Source of the DNA: Mantamonas sphyraenae STR306
Lineage: Eukaryota > Protista > CRuMs
Length of the DNA: 64,000 nt
NCBI GenBank assembly: GCA_026936335.1
Contig: JAPMXV010000008.1
Coordinates: 186,001-250,000 of the forward strand
Direction of reading: 5' to 3'
Made by a program: the position numbers and the translations under genes. Below, in pieces: positions 1-10,623 of this stretch (the first letter of the stretch is position 1; each line of letters opens with the position of its first letter). The notes beneath the pieces are model-generated. The model was not told where the DNA came from. It worked only from the letters and a program-made list of their open reading frames with translations, and made no database searches.

Positions 1-270
1 GTGAACCAGGTTGTGCCGAACGAGCGAGGCAGCGAGTGCACCACATGCCGGGCACGCGTGCGCATCCAAAGCAAGTACATCGGCGACATCGAGGAGCTGT
101 ACGAGGACTTTCACGTCGTGCAGCTGCCTCTGTTGCCGTATGAGGTGCGGGGCGTAGAGGCCATCGGTGCGTTCTCCGGCCGGCTGCTGGGCCAGGTGGA
201 CGCTGAAAAGGACCGATTGTTGGCCAAAAAGGGGGAGGAGGAAGATTCGTCAAGTCAGGGTGTGGAGTGA
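1..270 (+). CDS. GET3: GET3/ASNA1 (ArsA-family ATPase), 3' end only
   Basis: NQVV...CTTCRARVRIQSKY..IEELYEDFHVVQLPLLPYEVRG matches the GET3 C-terminus, including the CxxC motif; 5' part lies outside the window. Confidence 0.9.
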   Translation: MNQVVPNERGSECTTCRARVRIQSKYIGDIEELYEDFHVVQLPLLPYEVRGVEAIGAFSGRLLGQVDAEKDRLLAKKGEEEDSSSQGVE

Positions 271-353
271 TGGGGTGCGAGAGATGAGGGAAGATGGGTC
301 ATCGCGCGCCTGGAGAAACAACAAAACCACCCGCAAACAGGCGTTCCCATCGC

Positions 354-3300
354 ATGTCGGCCACAAAACGAAAGGGCACACGTAAAGTGCAAACGGGCTC
401 GCATGGGCATGGGGCAACGACGTCGTCGACGTCGACATCGTTGTCGTCGTCGACTGCTGGCGGAACGATGACACGATCGAGTTCACACGGCGGCAGTGGA
501 CCCGGACAAGGTGCCATGTTGCCCGAGTTTGTGGAAGCAGACGTGACCAAGATGTTTGGCAACAGCAAGAATGTGTACGAAGATGCAAACGCGGTGTGGC
601 CGGAGGGGCTGGCAGATGCAACGGCAAGGCAAGTGAGAGCCAACGTACTGCTGCAGGAGTGGCAAAGTGCGTTTGCCACGCGACTTCACGAGTGGATTGG
701 CGAGTGGGAAGCGGAGTACGGTGAGGCGCTGGAGGCGTGGCAGGAGAACTCGGGCATGCCAGGCCCGCCGGTGGAGTTGCCTGCGGATTTGGTCGACGGC
801 CCCTACGTGGTGGACGCAAGCACAGTGGACGCAGGCACGCCGTGTGTGGTGTCGCCCTGGAGTGGCAGTGGAGCGGAAGGGGCGCTGGCGCTGGTGGATC
901 AGGCGCGAGCAAAGAGCGTGGCGTCGAGCACGCGCAGGCTGCGACCCGGTTCGGCGGCAAGCAACACTCTTACGCCTTTGGGCGGCACTGGCACGGGCAA
1001 GAAAGGCCGAGGCCGCGAGCAGAACACATCCATGTACGCATCGCTGATGAACGGATCCCCTGCAGAGATGTATGTGGCGCAGATGCTTCAGGTGCAGAGT
1101 GCAGGTGCGTTTCGGGAGGACGATGCGACGTTCCTTCGTCTCAACGGGCGCCGTGGACACCTAGCCACAGGCATGGACAGCACAGGAACAGGCGCAAACG
1201 AAGATGCAGTGACAGAAAAAGAGGGGGATGTGGCGGAGGAGGACGACAAAGGGGCACAAGGGCAGCAGGAGGGCGACAAAGACGCAACGGTCACTGGCAA
1301 AGACGATGCGTCGACGACAACGACGGCGAAAACCACGCTGCGCGCACTGCTGAGTGCGCTGGAACACGTACAAAACACAGGACTGGGACTTGCACAGGGC
1401 CACTACCTGTGGGAGAACATCTATCCACAGGATAAGGAGACAGGAGTGCCTACGTACAACGCTCAGGGCAAGTATGCGGTGCGGTTGTTTGCGCACGGAG
1501 CGTGGCGCTACGTGCTGGTGGACGACCGGGTGCCTGTTGACGTGGACGGCGTGCCTTTGGTCGTGTTCTCACGCGAGGTGACCGAACTGTGGCCGATTCT
1601 GCTGAGCAAGGCGTTGTTGAAGATGGTGGGCGGCGCGGTGTCGAGTGCGGAGCAGCACGTGCTGGTGCACATGCTCACGGGATGGAGCCCCAGAGTGGAC
1701 ACAGTGTCGTTTGCCAACAGCTGGGCCATGCTGGGTGGCGTGTTTGGCCAGGCAGAGGGCAAGCGGCTGGTTGAAGGAGGTGAGCTACGCACGTGCATCG
1801 ACGCTGTGCAGCAGGCACGCCTTCACGTCATCCAGGAACAAATGGACCGCACTGTGTCGAGCATGTCGGAGCATGTGGGCACGACGACGACGGCAGGAGG
1901 TGCGTCGTCGTCGGGAGCAGCGGCGGCGCGCAGCAAGTCGCGTGCCAAGTCGCGAGCGAGCAGCCGTGTGTCCACACTCAGCACGGCAAACGTGCTGAAC
2001 GAAACCAGTGGCAAGTTGCACGTGGCTGGGGTGGCGCTGGACTCGCTGGAGGTGGATGTGCCGCACGCGTGGATACCGCTAATTGAACAGCAACTGGCGG
2101 CGCCGCTGGCTCAGGTGATGGAGGCTGGCGAGGCCTTTTCCGTGTGTGCGTGGGTGCGCGAGTCGGTAGAGGATGGGATGCTGGCGCGTGCGGGTCTGAA
2201 GCGAGGGTATGGGTACACAGTGCATGAGCTGCGTGAGGTGTGGGGAGAGCGTCTGATGCGAGTGAGCTGTGCACAGGCGCAGTGGCAGGGATCGTACTCG
2301 GACGCAGACGTGGTGACGTGGTCGCCTGCGTTTGAAGAGCGCATTGGGGAGGATCACAAGGCCAGGGTGCACCACGCAGCCTCGCACCGCGCACGCCTGA
2401 CCGACTTTTGGATCAGCTACCAGGACTTTTGCTACTTCTTTGGCAGCGTGCAGGTGTACCACAGTGCGACACGTGCCCACCGGCCGCTGCGCCTGGAGTG
2501 TCGCGAGGAGCAACTGTTGCACAGCACGGCGCAGGAAAAGGTGACGCTGGACCTGTTGCTGATGCCCGTGGTGGAGGAGGGCACGGCGACAAACACAAAC
2601 ACCACCGTGGTTGAAATCCAAGAGTATGCATGGGACTCGCTGGCAGTGCCCAAGGTGGTGTGTCGGCTGGAGGCGAGACATTTGGCCGCCGGAAGCATGG
2701 AGGTGCCTGCTGGTGTGCACACATACGCAGTGGTAGTCAAGCGAGGAGCACGTTCAGGCATGTGTCTGAGCATCCTCAGTGCGCACACGGAACCGGTGGT
2801 GTCGGGTGCGGAGTCCGAGACGACGGTTGGCACGCCCGCGACGGTGGGCGGAGAGACGGGAGGAAACGGTGGCCCAAGCACCACGACACTGGACGAAATG
2901 GCGTCTGCGGATCACAGCGAGTCACACACAGTGGCAGAGTCGCACAAGGGAACGTCTGTGCCGCCAAGCACGCCGTCGAAACGAAGCAAGGGAAGCAAGA
3001 CAAAGCGAGGCAAGAAGCGACGTGAGACCGTGACGGAACACAGCGGCGAGGGACCAGCAAGTGGGAGCAGCGGAAGCGGCGCAGCAGGAGCATCCGGTGG
3101 TGGTGGTGGTGGTGGAGGAAGTAGCAACAGCAGCGGCAATGGAGGAGCAGGGACGTCGAGTGGAAACGGCACAGGACAGGATGGCAGCGGGGAGGATGGC
3201 AAAGACAGGGATGGAGACGGACGCAGCGCAAGCCGGGCTGAGCTGGAGCGACGTGGAGTGCATTGGTTGCGTTTGGGACGAGAGGCGGAGGTGTTGGCAA

Positions 3301-5117
3301 GTGAGTACGGCGTGGGATGCTTCGATGTGGCCGGAGATGTGGCTAGTGCCACGGGAGAGAACGAGTGGCAGGTGTTGCTACGCCAGAAGCTAGAAGTGAC
3401 GAGCAGTGAGGCAGTGTCTGTGGTGGCCAAGTTGCAGATGGCGACGGGTGCGTGGGTGCCTGTGACACGGCTTCAGATTGTGAACAACGACAAGCCGAAA
3501 CGGGTGTGGCAATCGCTTGTGGTCAACGCACGCACAGTGGCGGCACAGGCGGCCGGGCTCAAGGCCAACAGCAAGGGGTACACGGTGGTGGCAGACGTGT
3601 GTTCGGCCAGCGCCATGGAGGGCGAAGCCTATGCGTTGCGAGTGTACACGTCGCACAAGCAGGTGGAAATGAGTGAGGTGGGTGGAGGAGGGGCACCACA
3701 CACTCAGGAGCTGGAGGGTGTGTTTTCGCCAAACAAGTACCTCAGTGTGTGTGGATACTGGCTGAGTAGCAAGGAGCCGACGCAAGCGAGTGTGCAACTG
3801 GTGGGCATGTGCGAAGAGCAGGTGATGGTGCGCATGCAGGCGGTGCGTAACAAGCTGTGCGTGTGTGAAGCCACGGGTGCCGGGCGAACATCGCTCACCG
3901 CGGTGCCGGTGGACAGCGCAGGTGTGTTGGTGAGTGTGGAGGTGGACACGTCAGACGCAGAGTATGCCACGCCTCTGGACGCGGAGGATCCGTACCATGG
4001 ATTGGGCAACACGGTGACGGTGTCGCTGTCGTCGTCGTCAGGCAAGAGCAGCCCGCGGAAGAAGACCAAGGCAAAGAAGAACAGTGTGGTGGCACAGGAG
4101 ACGCTGACGGGCAAACAGTTCCGCTGGGTGTTGCGTGTGGCCAGTGCGGCGCCTGTGGAGGTGCGTGCGGACACGGAGTTGCAGGACAGCTTTGCCGCCG
4201 TGGTCAGTGGCTGGGAGAAGGAGGAGCCTGGGCGTGGCAAGCGGGCGGCGGCTGCGCGTGAGCGCTGGCTGGCCAGTAGCAGCAGCAGCAACAGCAATGG
4301 CAACGCAGGCGGTGGCGGTGGCACTGGGAGCAGCAGTGGCAGTGGCAACGGGGTCAGCGGAGGCGATGGCAACAACGCAGGCGGAGAAGGTGGACTGGGA
4401 GGAAGCGGACTGAGCTTGGGTGGAGGGAGCACGAGCAAGAGCAGCTCCAAGAAGCGCAAGGACAAGAACAGCAACAGCGGGGTGCAGGGTCGCGTGGATG
4501 CCGACGGGGTGCCATACTCTGAGAAATTCAAACCGAAACAGGGGTTTGTGCGAGTGGGCGTCAAGGAACGTGTCGTGAGTGCAGACGAACTGCGGGACAA
4601 GCAGCGTGCGCGAGAGGCACAGATGGAGGAGTTTGCAAAGAAGCGAGAGGCGCAGCTGGCTGTACGCGCAGCGCTCAAGGTGGAGCGCACGCAAGCTCGC
4701 ACGAGCATGCTCAAGGGTCTGAAGGAATGGCGCAACGAGGTGCAACAGGTGAACGAGAACGACCGGGGCCGCATTGTGGTGTGGAGCGTGAAGAAGGAGG
4801 CCGAGGAGAAACGCAGGGAGGAAGGGCTGCGTGCAGCGCAGCTGGCGGCTCAGCAACAAGCTCAGCAGCAAGCTCAGCAGACGCAACAGACACAGGGACA
4901 GGGACAGGTGCAGTTGCAGGTCAATGACGAGCACCCCGGCGGAGGTTTGAAAAAAGATCGCAGCGTCGACAGGGCGGAGGGCGGCAGCAGCAGCAGCAGC
5001 GGCGGCGGCGGCAACACCAAGCGAGAAGATCGTACCAAACGAACCACAGGCAGGCGGACGTCGCGCAAGGGCAGCCGAACGAGCGCACGAGGGAGTGGGA
5101 CAAAGAGAGGAGCGTAG
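354..5117 (+). CDS. Androglobin-like protein with a catalytically degenerate calpain domain; no recognisable globin; intronless
   Basis: YNAQGKYAVRLF..GAWRYVLVDDRVP..ELWPILLSKALLK (calpain catalytic-domain motifs) and C-terminal WVLRV...DTE....WEKEEPGRGKRAAAARERWL (ADGB-type motif); start could be 294 or 354. Confidence 0.75.
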   Translation: MSATKRKGTRKVQTGSHGHGATTSSTSTSLSSSTAGGTMTRSSSHGGSGPGQGAMLPEFVEADVTKMFGNSKNVYEDANAVWPEGLADATARQVRANVLLQEWQSAFATRLHEWIGEWEAEYGEALEAWQENSGMPGPPVELPADLVDGPYVVDASTVDAGTPCVVSPWSGSGAEGALALVDQARAKSVASSTRRLRPGSAASNTLTPLGGTGTGKKGRGREQNTSMYASLMNGSPAEMYVAQMLQVQSAGAFREDDATFLRLNGRRGHLATGMDSTGTGANEDAVTEKEGDVAEEDDKGAQGQQEGDKDATVTGKDDASTTTTAKTTLRALLSALEHVQNTGLGLAQGHYLWENIYPQDKETGVPTYNAQGKYAVRLFAHGAWRYVLVDDRVPVDVDGVPLVVFSREVTELWPILLSKALLKMVGGAVSSAEQHVLVHMLTGWSPRVDTVSFANSWAMLGGVFGQAEGKRLVEGGELRTCIDAVQQARLHVIQEQMDRTVSSMSEHVGTTTTAGGASSSGAAAARSKSRAKSRASSRVSTLSTANVLNETSGKLHVAGVALDSLEVDVPHAWIPLIEQQLAAPLAQVMEAGEAFSVCAWVRESVEDGMLARAGLKRGYGYTVHELREVWGERLMRVSCAQAQWQGSYSDADVVTWSPAFEERIGEDHKARVHHAASHRARLTDFWISYQDFCYFFGSVQVYHSATRAHRPLRLECREEQLLHSTAQEKVTLDLLLMPVVEEGTATNTNTTVVEIQEYAWDSLAVPKVVCRLEARHLAAGSMEVPAGVHTYAVVVKRGARSGMCLSILSAHTEPVVSGAESETTVGTPATVGGETGGNGGPSTTTLDEMASADHSESHTVAESHKGTSVPPSTPSKRSKGSKTKRGKKRRETVTEHSGEGPASGSSGSGAAGASGGGGGGGGSSNSSGNGGAGTSSGNGTGQDGSGEDGKDRDGDGRSASRAELERRGVHWLRLGREAEVLASEYGVGCFDVAGDVASATGENEWQVLLRQKLEVTSSEAVSVVAKLQMATGAWVPVTRLQIVNNDKPKRVWQSLVVNARTVAAQAAGLKANSKGYTVVADVCSASAMEGEAYALRVYTSHKQVEMSEVGGGGAPHTQELEGVFSPNKYLSVCGYWLSSKEPTQASVQLVGMCEEQVMVRMQAVRNKLCVCEATGAGRTSLTAVPVDSAGVLVSVEVDTSDAEYATPLDAEDPYHGLGNTVTVSLSSSSGKSSPRKKTKAKKNSVVAQETLTGKQFRWVLRVASAAPVEVRADTELQDSFAAVVSGWEKEEPGRGKRAAAARERWLASSSSSNSNGNAGGGGGTGSSSGSGNGVSGGDGNNAGGEGGLGGSGLSLGGGSTSKSSSKKRKDKNSNSGVQGRVDADGVPYSEKFKPKQGFVRVGVKERVVSADELRDKQRAREAQMEEFAKKREAQLAVRAALKVERTQARTSMLKGLKEWRNEVQQVNENDRGRIVVWSVKKEAEEKRREEGLRAAQLAAQQQAQQQAQQTQQTQGQGQVQLQVNDEHPGGGLKKDRSVDRAEGGSSSSSGGGGNTKREDRTKRTTGRRTSRKGSRTSARGSGTKRGA

Positions 5118-5143
5118 ATGCAGATGATGCAGACTGTTTTTTC

Positions 5144-6331
5144 TCAATGGGCTTCATTGGCCACTTTGGCCATCTCACGCACGTAGGCACGAAAAGCGCG
5201 GCGAGAGGTGGGCATGATGACGTCAAAGTTGAGCCAGCCGTGAGTGTGTTTGGGCAGGACGACGAGGGTGTCGACGCCAGGCCGAAGGCCGTTCATGCGG
5301 TCGATGAAGATGCGCGAATCATCAATGAGTGGATCAACTTGGCCACAAATGAAGCGGCAAGGGGGCAACTGGGCGATGAGGTCGTCGGGAGCGTCGATGG
5401 GGGAGAGGATGTTGCGCGTGGTTTCGTCCACGTCCTTGAGCGGAGTTGCAATGTAGGCGTCGTGAAACACATTCCGAATGGCACGTGGGATGACCACGTC
5501 ATACGTGTAGCGCACTTCCGAGGGGACGATGTCGCCCGCCATGCTGAGGACGGGGTAAATCGCGTTGACGGCCGATGGTGCAGGCAGGGCGTCGTCAGGA
5601 TGGACAAGCAAGTCCAGCGCCACAGACACAGATAGGTTACCGCCTGCGCTATCTCCCATGAGGACAACGTTGCGCAGGGTTCCCAGGCCAAGCCTGCGGG
5701 CCTCTTCGGAGAATAGCCACCGGTACGCGGCGCGACATTGTTGCGTTTGCGTCGGTGCCTTGGCGTCAGGAGCCAACGTGTAGTCGACACTGAGCACAGG
5801 CAGGTTGCTGCACTCTGCGATCTTGACCAATGCACTGTGGTAAGTCTTGGAGCTCATGCAGCAGAAGCCACCGCCGTGGATGTAGAGGACGGCCGCGGTG
5901 GGCAACGCTTTGGCCGGGTTCTGAGCAGAGTACAGGAAGCAGGGGACAGGTTGGTCGAGGTCATCGCTGTGCACAGCCACACTCTTGCCGTTCCAATGGA
6001 GGCGAGGTAGAACAAGCCATTGGAGGAGCGCCAGGAGGTTGAGACGCTCCGGCAGCGACCAGGCAAACTTGAAGAAGGTCAACGAGAGCGGCCCAGAGTA
6101 GATGGAGCTGTAGTACGCCTTGGTGGCGTTTGTAAACACAATAAAGAAGATGGTGGTGGCTATGAAAGGGAGTTCGAGGAGCCACATGGGCAGGCGGCGG
6201 AGGAGAAAGAACCACAAATGTGCCGAACACAACAGCGCCCTGTGGATTCGGACCTGGGTGCGTGTTTCGGATCCATAGTGGCCATCGATGTCCGACTCGA
6301 GGATTGGAGCGGTGTTGGACGACGACGACAT
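5144..6331 (-). CDS. Hormone-sensitive-lipase-family alpha/beta hydrolase with hydrophobic N-terminus
   Basis: HGGG oxyanion motif, GDSAG nucleophile, DPL and HGW catalytic Asp/His; ATG at 6331 chosen because sequence further upstream belongs to the RAB32 last exon. Confidence 0.85.
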   Translation of the reverse strand: MSSSSNTAPILESDIDGHYGSETRTQVRIHRALLCSAHLWFFLLRRLPMWLLELPFIATTIFFIVFTNATKAYYSSIYSGPLSLTFFKFAWSLPERLNLLALLQWLVLPRLHWNGKSVAVHSDDLDQPVPCFLYSAQNPAKALPTAAVLYIHGGGFCCMSSKTYHSALVKIAECSNLPVLSVDYTLAPDAKAPTQTQQCRAAYRWLFSEEARRLGLGTLRNVVLMGDSAGGNLSVSVALDLLVHPDDALPAPSAVNAIYPVLSMAGDIVPSEVRYTYDVVIPRAIRNVFHDAYIATPLKDVDETTRNILSPIDAPDDLIAQLPPCRFICGQVDPLIDDSRIFIDRMNGLRPGVDTLVVLPKHTHGWLNFDVIMPTSRRAFRAYVREMAKVANEAH

Positions 6332-6389
6332 GTGGTTTGGACAAGAAGAGTGGTTTTGTTGTTCTGGGTGGTGTGGGGCCCTCTGCTCT

Positions 6390-7902
6390 TTAGCAGGGGC
6401 ATGCATCGTCGTCCTTGCTGCCTCCATCGAGGGTGATGGTACCTTCGTTGGCGACACGGCGGACATCGTTGTCCAGAATCTTGCTCACGAGGAACTTGGC
6501 GGCCTTGTCGATGTTGATGTTCTCCTTGGCGGAGGTCTCGAACCATCCGACGTAGCTTTGCTCTTCACAGTACTGGTCCATCTGGCCCGAGGTCTTGATG
6601 AGACCGTCCTTGGCGAGGTCACACTGTGCGGGAACACGGTAGGCGGGCGCGAGGGGGGGGGGGTGAAAAGTCAGATTGCCGTCCACGGCGGTTGGTTGGT
6701 GTGCAACGGAACGGATGGCAGGGTGAGGTCACCCGGTGTGCGGGGTGGGCACCGTATGTTTCACAACGTACCTTGTTGGCGAGGAGCACCACGGGGATGG
6801 GCTCGTCGTTGGGCAGCAACACCTTGGAGTCGAGGTCTGTGAAGGGGCAACAAGGGCAAGGAGGGCGCGGGTGAGCCATGGAGTGAGATGCATTGGCACA
6901 GGCATGGAATCGGTCGAATGTGGTCCAAGGAGAACATGGGCAGCAGAGACACAGGGGAGAGAGAAGGAGGGGGGAAGAAGGAGGGCTGCGACGGCGGGAG
7001 GGTTGGCAGTTGGCGAAATGGAACGTACCGGCCTTCCACTTGCCCGTAGCCTCAAACGTTGAGGAGCGAGTGACATCAAACACGACAAAGGCCCCGACGG
7101 CCTCCTTGTAGTACACCTGTGAATGGAGAGGCGTGCGTAGGGACAGAGGGGCTACGAGTGAGCGTAGGGGCGGGCGAGAGGGCAAGGAGAGAATCGAATT
7201 GGGGCCAAAATGAAAGGGCGCGAGCCAAGCAAAGGCAGGGCACACGCTGTCCACGCACCCTGGTCATGTTTCCGAAGCGCTCCTGGCCAGCAATGTCCCA
7301 GAGCTGCAGGCGGACGATGGTGTTGGGGTCCCAGTTGATGACCTTGAGGGCAAAGTCCACACCAATCTGTGCAAAAAAAGGGCGGCGAGGGTGGGTCAGC
7401 GGGGCAAGTAGGTGCCAAACGATCACCACGTGGTGACACATACCGTGCTCTTGTAATGCATAGAGAAGCTGTGGCGCGAAAGCGGGTGTGGAGGGTGTGA
7501 GTGGACAACGGGTAACGGCGTGGGGCGCGGTGCGGAGCGGGACTCTGGATTTTTTGGACAGGCCGCCACGCAAGAGTGTCGCGTTCCCTCCCGATTTTTC
7601 TTGCGGGCTCAGTCCTGCGGGACAGGGGCCTGTGGTGGGCACGCGGAAGGGCGCAACGTGTGCGCAGCGGCCCTGTGTCTGTGAACACGACTCACATGTT
7701 GTGCACAAAGCGCTTGATGATGGAGGTCTTGCCCGTGCCGATGTCTCCAACGACCAGAATCTTGTAAAGGAACTCCGTGACTTCGCCGGTCTCGCTCTGC
7801 AGGGGCCAGGGTGAAATGAGCGGGTCGAGGTGAGTGGACCAGGCACGGTGGAGGCATGGGAAGAAGCGGTGCGAGTGGAGGTGCCGGCACGCGGCGTACC
7901 AT
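6390..7902 (-). CDS. RAB32: Rab32/38-family GTPase, copy A (7 exons)
   Basis: Exons 7902-7900 (ATG only), 7796-7696, 7468-7444, 7366-7259, 7116-7029, 6836-6772, 6623-6390, all GT-AG; GDIGTGKT, WDIAGQERFGNMTRVYY (Rab32 signature), ANKCD, ETSAK, C-terminal CPC. Confidence 0.92.
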
Positions 7903-7949
7903 TGTTTGTTGGGGTGGGAAGCGACGCGCGGCTGTTCAGTTCATGCTGT

Positions 7950-9383
7950 TCATTGGTCGGCTGGATGGAGAAACATGCCACTGCTGGGTGCATCCAGGTG
8001 GGAAGGCAAGTCCAGTTGGATGACTGTGCCCTGCCAGGGCAAAAGACCGATGGGGGTATTTACAAACGCATCCTGGGCCGTCCAAGGATTGACGCGTTGA
8101 CGCTTGCTGTCCTGCGACGAAGAGGCGTGCGTACGCTTGCGCTTCATGCGTGCCAACGCCTCTTCCATGGCTTTCAGGGAGGAGGAGCTGCCATGCACAC
8201 TCACGAGCTCATCGTCGTCGTCGTCATCGTCATCGTCGTCGTCGATGGAAATGGTGTTCGTGTTCTTGGGGTCGTCCTCCTCCTCGAGGTCCTCTTCCTC
8301 CTCCCCTTGATCAAACAGGCCCTGGGTGTGAGAAGACGATGAGGCAGAGGCAGCGGCGGCGGCAGCGGCTGCACGTACGGTGCTCTGGAGCTTGCGCCAG
8401 CCTGCCTTTGACATGCCGATGCGCTTGCGCACCTTGACGGCCAGCGCTTGGGAGAGGTCGTGTGGGGAGGAAGCGCAGGCGTGGAGGATGTTGCGGTAGG
8501 GCAGGGGAGGTTTGGGAGACTTGAGGGAGCTGACACGTGCGAGGACGCCCGGAGAGCCGAGGACAGCGTCGTCGTCGTCTGTGTCTCGCTGGTCATGAAG
8601 CGTGAGGAGATGGGAAAGGTATTTGCAGACGAGGACGACGTGTGTGCTCATGTAGGGCACCAGCAACATGGCAAGAGTGGGGTCAAACTGCCGCCATTGT
8701 GCGCTTGCAGCGGCGACAAGCTTGCGCAGGTTCTTGTGCTGGGCCGTAGTGAGTGTGTCGTTGAGGAGGTAGGTGGGGGAGGCAAGCATGGGAAGCATGA
8801 TGGTAAGGGCGCACTCTGGGTCGAGTTCGAGAACAGGAGCAAAGTGCTGGGCGTCGGCCAGAGCGTGTGCAAGGGCAGCGGCACATGTGTCGTACAACTG
8901 CGCAACGACAGCCTGTTGTGGGCCAAAATAGTGTGTATGGATCCACTGTACGGCATTGTTGGCCGCATTACGTAGGGACGGGAGGGTGGGAAGGGCGTTG
9001 TGGGCTGCCTGGTGACGCAGATCGACGAGCTGCGGAGGGATCTGCAAGCGGGCGGCAAGCATGCTTACAGACAACGCAAAGCGGCCCTGTTGGATGTCAT
9101 CGACGAGGCCGTTGACAAAGCGGATAATAGACATGGAATAGAGGAGGCGGAGCTGATGGTGGCCCAGACGTGTGCTGTGCATGGTGTTGCTCGGCGAGTC
9201 TGCGTCCTGGGCAAGCACAAGGATCAGCTGGGCAGCCACGTCGAAGGACAGAGGCACCTGACCTCGACAGCGCCACGATTCAACTACTTTCAGTGCATGC
9301 CGAACAGCACGGCGGTCGGATGAGACCAGATCCGTCGTCGTCTGCTGCCACTCGGACCAGTTGACAAATGGTGTGCCGCGCAT
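7950..9383 (-). CDS. LAS1: Las1 ribosome-biogenesis HEPN endoribonuclease
   Basis: PFVNWSEW, LRLLYSMSIIRFVNG, VDLRHQAAH (RHxxxH) LPTLPSLR; the upstream part of the listed 734-aa ORF is antisense to the next gene. Confidence 0.88.
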   Translation of the reverse strand: MRGTPFVNWSEWQQTTTDLVSSDRRAVRHALKVVESWRCRGQVPLSFDVAAQLILVLAQDADSPSNTMHSTRLGHHQLRLLYSMSIIRFVNGLVDDIQQGRFALSVSMLAARLQIPPQLVDLRHQAAHNALPTLPSLRNAANNAVQWIHTHYFGPQQAVVAQLYDTCAAALAHALADAQHFAPVLELDPECALTIMLPMLASPTYLLNDTLTTAQHKNLRKLVAAASAQWRQFDPTLAMLLVPYMSTHVVLVCKYLSHLLTLHDQRDTDDDDAVLGSPGVLARVSSLKSPKPPLPYRNILHACASSPHDLSQALAVKVRKRIGMSKAGWRKLQSTVRAAAAAAAASASSSSHTQGLFDQGEEEEDLEEEDDPKNTNTISIDDDDDDDDDDDELVSVHGSSSSLKAMEEALARMKRKRTHASSSQDSKRQRVNPWTAQDAFVNTPIGLLPWQGTVIQLDLPSHLDAPSSGMFLHPADQ

Positions 9384-9592
9384 CGATGGTCTGGGTCCAG
9401 GGGCGCATTGACGTGTGTGGGGATGGGTTTGGATGGCATGTGGGAAGGTGTGTGTGTGTGTGGAAGTCGATCGGCGGGCGATCTCCGGAAAAGGAAAATC
9501 GGGGTTGAATCCCACGGCCCTCAACGGCTCGGGTGTCAAAAATGGAAAAGGGAGGATGTGCGCCGACGTGACCAAGACACCAGAGAGTAAAC

Positions 9593-10288
9593 ATGGCAAG
9601 CTCAACGACAAGGACATGGACAATGGCATTGGTGCTGCTGGTTGCGGCAGCAGTGTTGGCCGACGCGGTGATGGCGAGCGAAACGACAAACGGGGATGCA
9701 AACACAGACGCAAGCCACAAGGGAGGCACCAAACCACCGCCTCCTCCTCCCAACCACGATGGAAACCCGCCACCTCCGCCGCCGAAGGACGGCGGCTGCA
9801 AGAACGGCACGACGACAAACGACGGATCACACACTGCTCACGATCAGGACGATCACGATGACAATGACGATGATGATAGCAGCAGCAGCAGCAGCAGCGG
9901 AAGCGGTAGCAGCGGAAGCAGCGCAAGTGGGGCGCAACACCCGCCTCCGCCGCCCCAGGATGGAAGCAAGCCGGGTGACAAGAAGGACGGCAAGAAGGGA
10001 CCGCCACCGCACGGGCCGGGATGGCAGGTGTGGGCACTGGGCGGAAGCGCACTGGCTCTGGTGATCGTGGGGATTGCGATCTACCGAAAGAAGTACGGCA
10101 GGCGCACAAACGACGTGGTGCTGCCGATGACCACGCAGCAGGTGCAGGTCGCACCAGGAAACAGCAGCGACGAGCTCATCAGCGAGGCAGACGACGCCGT
10201 GCTGCTTGGGAACCAGATGTCGAGTGCGCAGGTTGTGGTTGCTGCGCCCTACGCGATCAAGTATGGAGCGCAGGAGCCCGAGAAGTAA
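9593..10288 (+). CDS. Type I membrane protein with Pro/Asp/Ser low-complexity ectodomain, function unknown
   Basis: Signal-peptide-like N-terminus, poly-Pro motifs, one hydrophobic helix followed by YRKKYGRR. Confidence 0.7.
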   Translation: MASSTTRTWTMALVLLVAAAVLADAVMASETTNGDANTDASHKGGTKPPPPPPNHDGNPPPPPPKDGGCKNGTTTNDGSHTAHDQDDHDDNDDDDSSSSSSSGSGSSGSSASGAQHPPPPPQDGSKPGDKKDGKKGPPPHGPGWQVWALGGSALALVIVGIAIYRKKYGRRTNDVVLPMTTQQVQVAPGNSSDELISEADDAVLLGNQMSSAQVVVAAPYAIKYGAQEPEK

Positions 10289-10623
10289 TCAAATCTCATT
10301 TCAATGTACACTTTCAATGGTTTGTTGGGTTTTCAGTGGTTCTGAGGTCTGGGAACCTTGCGATCATGATGAAACGCAGGAGCAAAGACAACTTGCCTTG
10401 GTCGAGGTGTGCCGATGGCCAAGTGTCATGTCCAGCAATGTGAATGCCATGTGTGGTGGTTTTCAAGTTTGTACATGGTTCGTTTCGGGACATGTCCGGG
10501 ATGTGGCGATGGGAAGGTGGGAGGGATTCCAAATCCGGCAATTTCTCATTGGCCGAAACGGTCGCCCTTGAAATGCGAACGCGAGGGTCATGCCCCGAGT
10601 TGACCAAGAAATTCGGAGAAGTG

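Noticed and set aside
5144-10154. N-terminal extensions of the lipase (to 6466) and LAS1 (to 10154) shown in the ORF track
   Set aside because: They overlap the RAB32 last exon and the antisense membrane-protein gene, and show no family similarity
10289-10623. C/D snoRNA or tRNA in the longest intergenic gap (ATGATGA near 10366)
   Set aside because: No downstream CTGA D box, terminal stem or cloverleaf found
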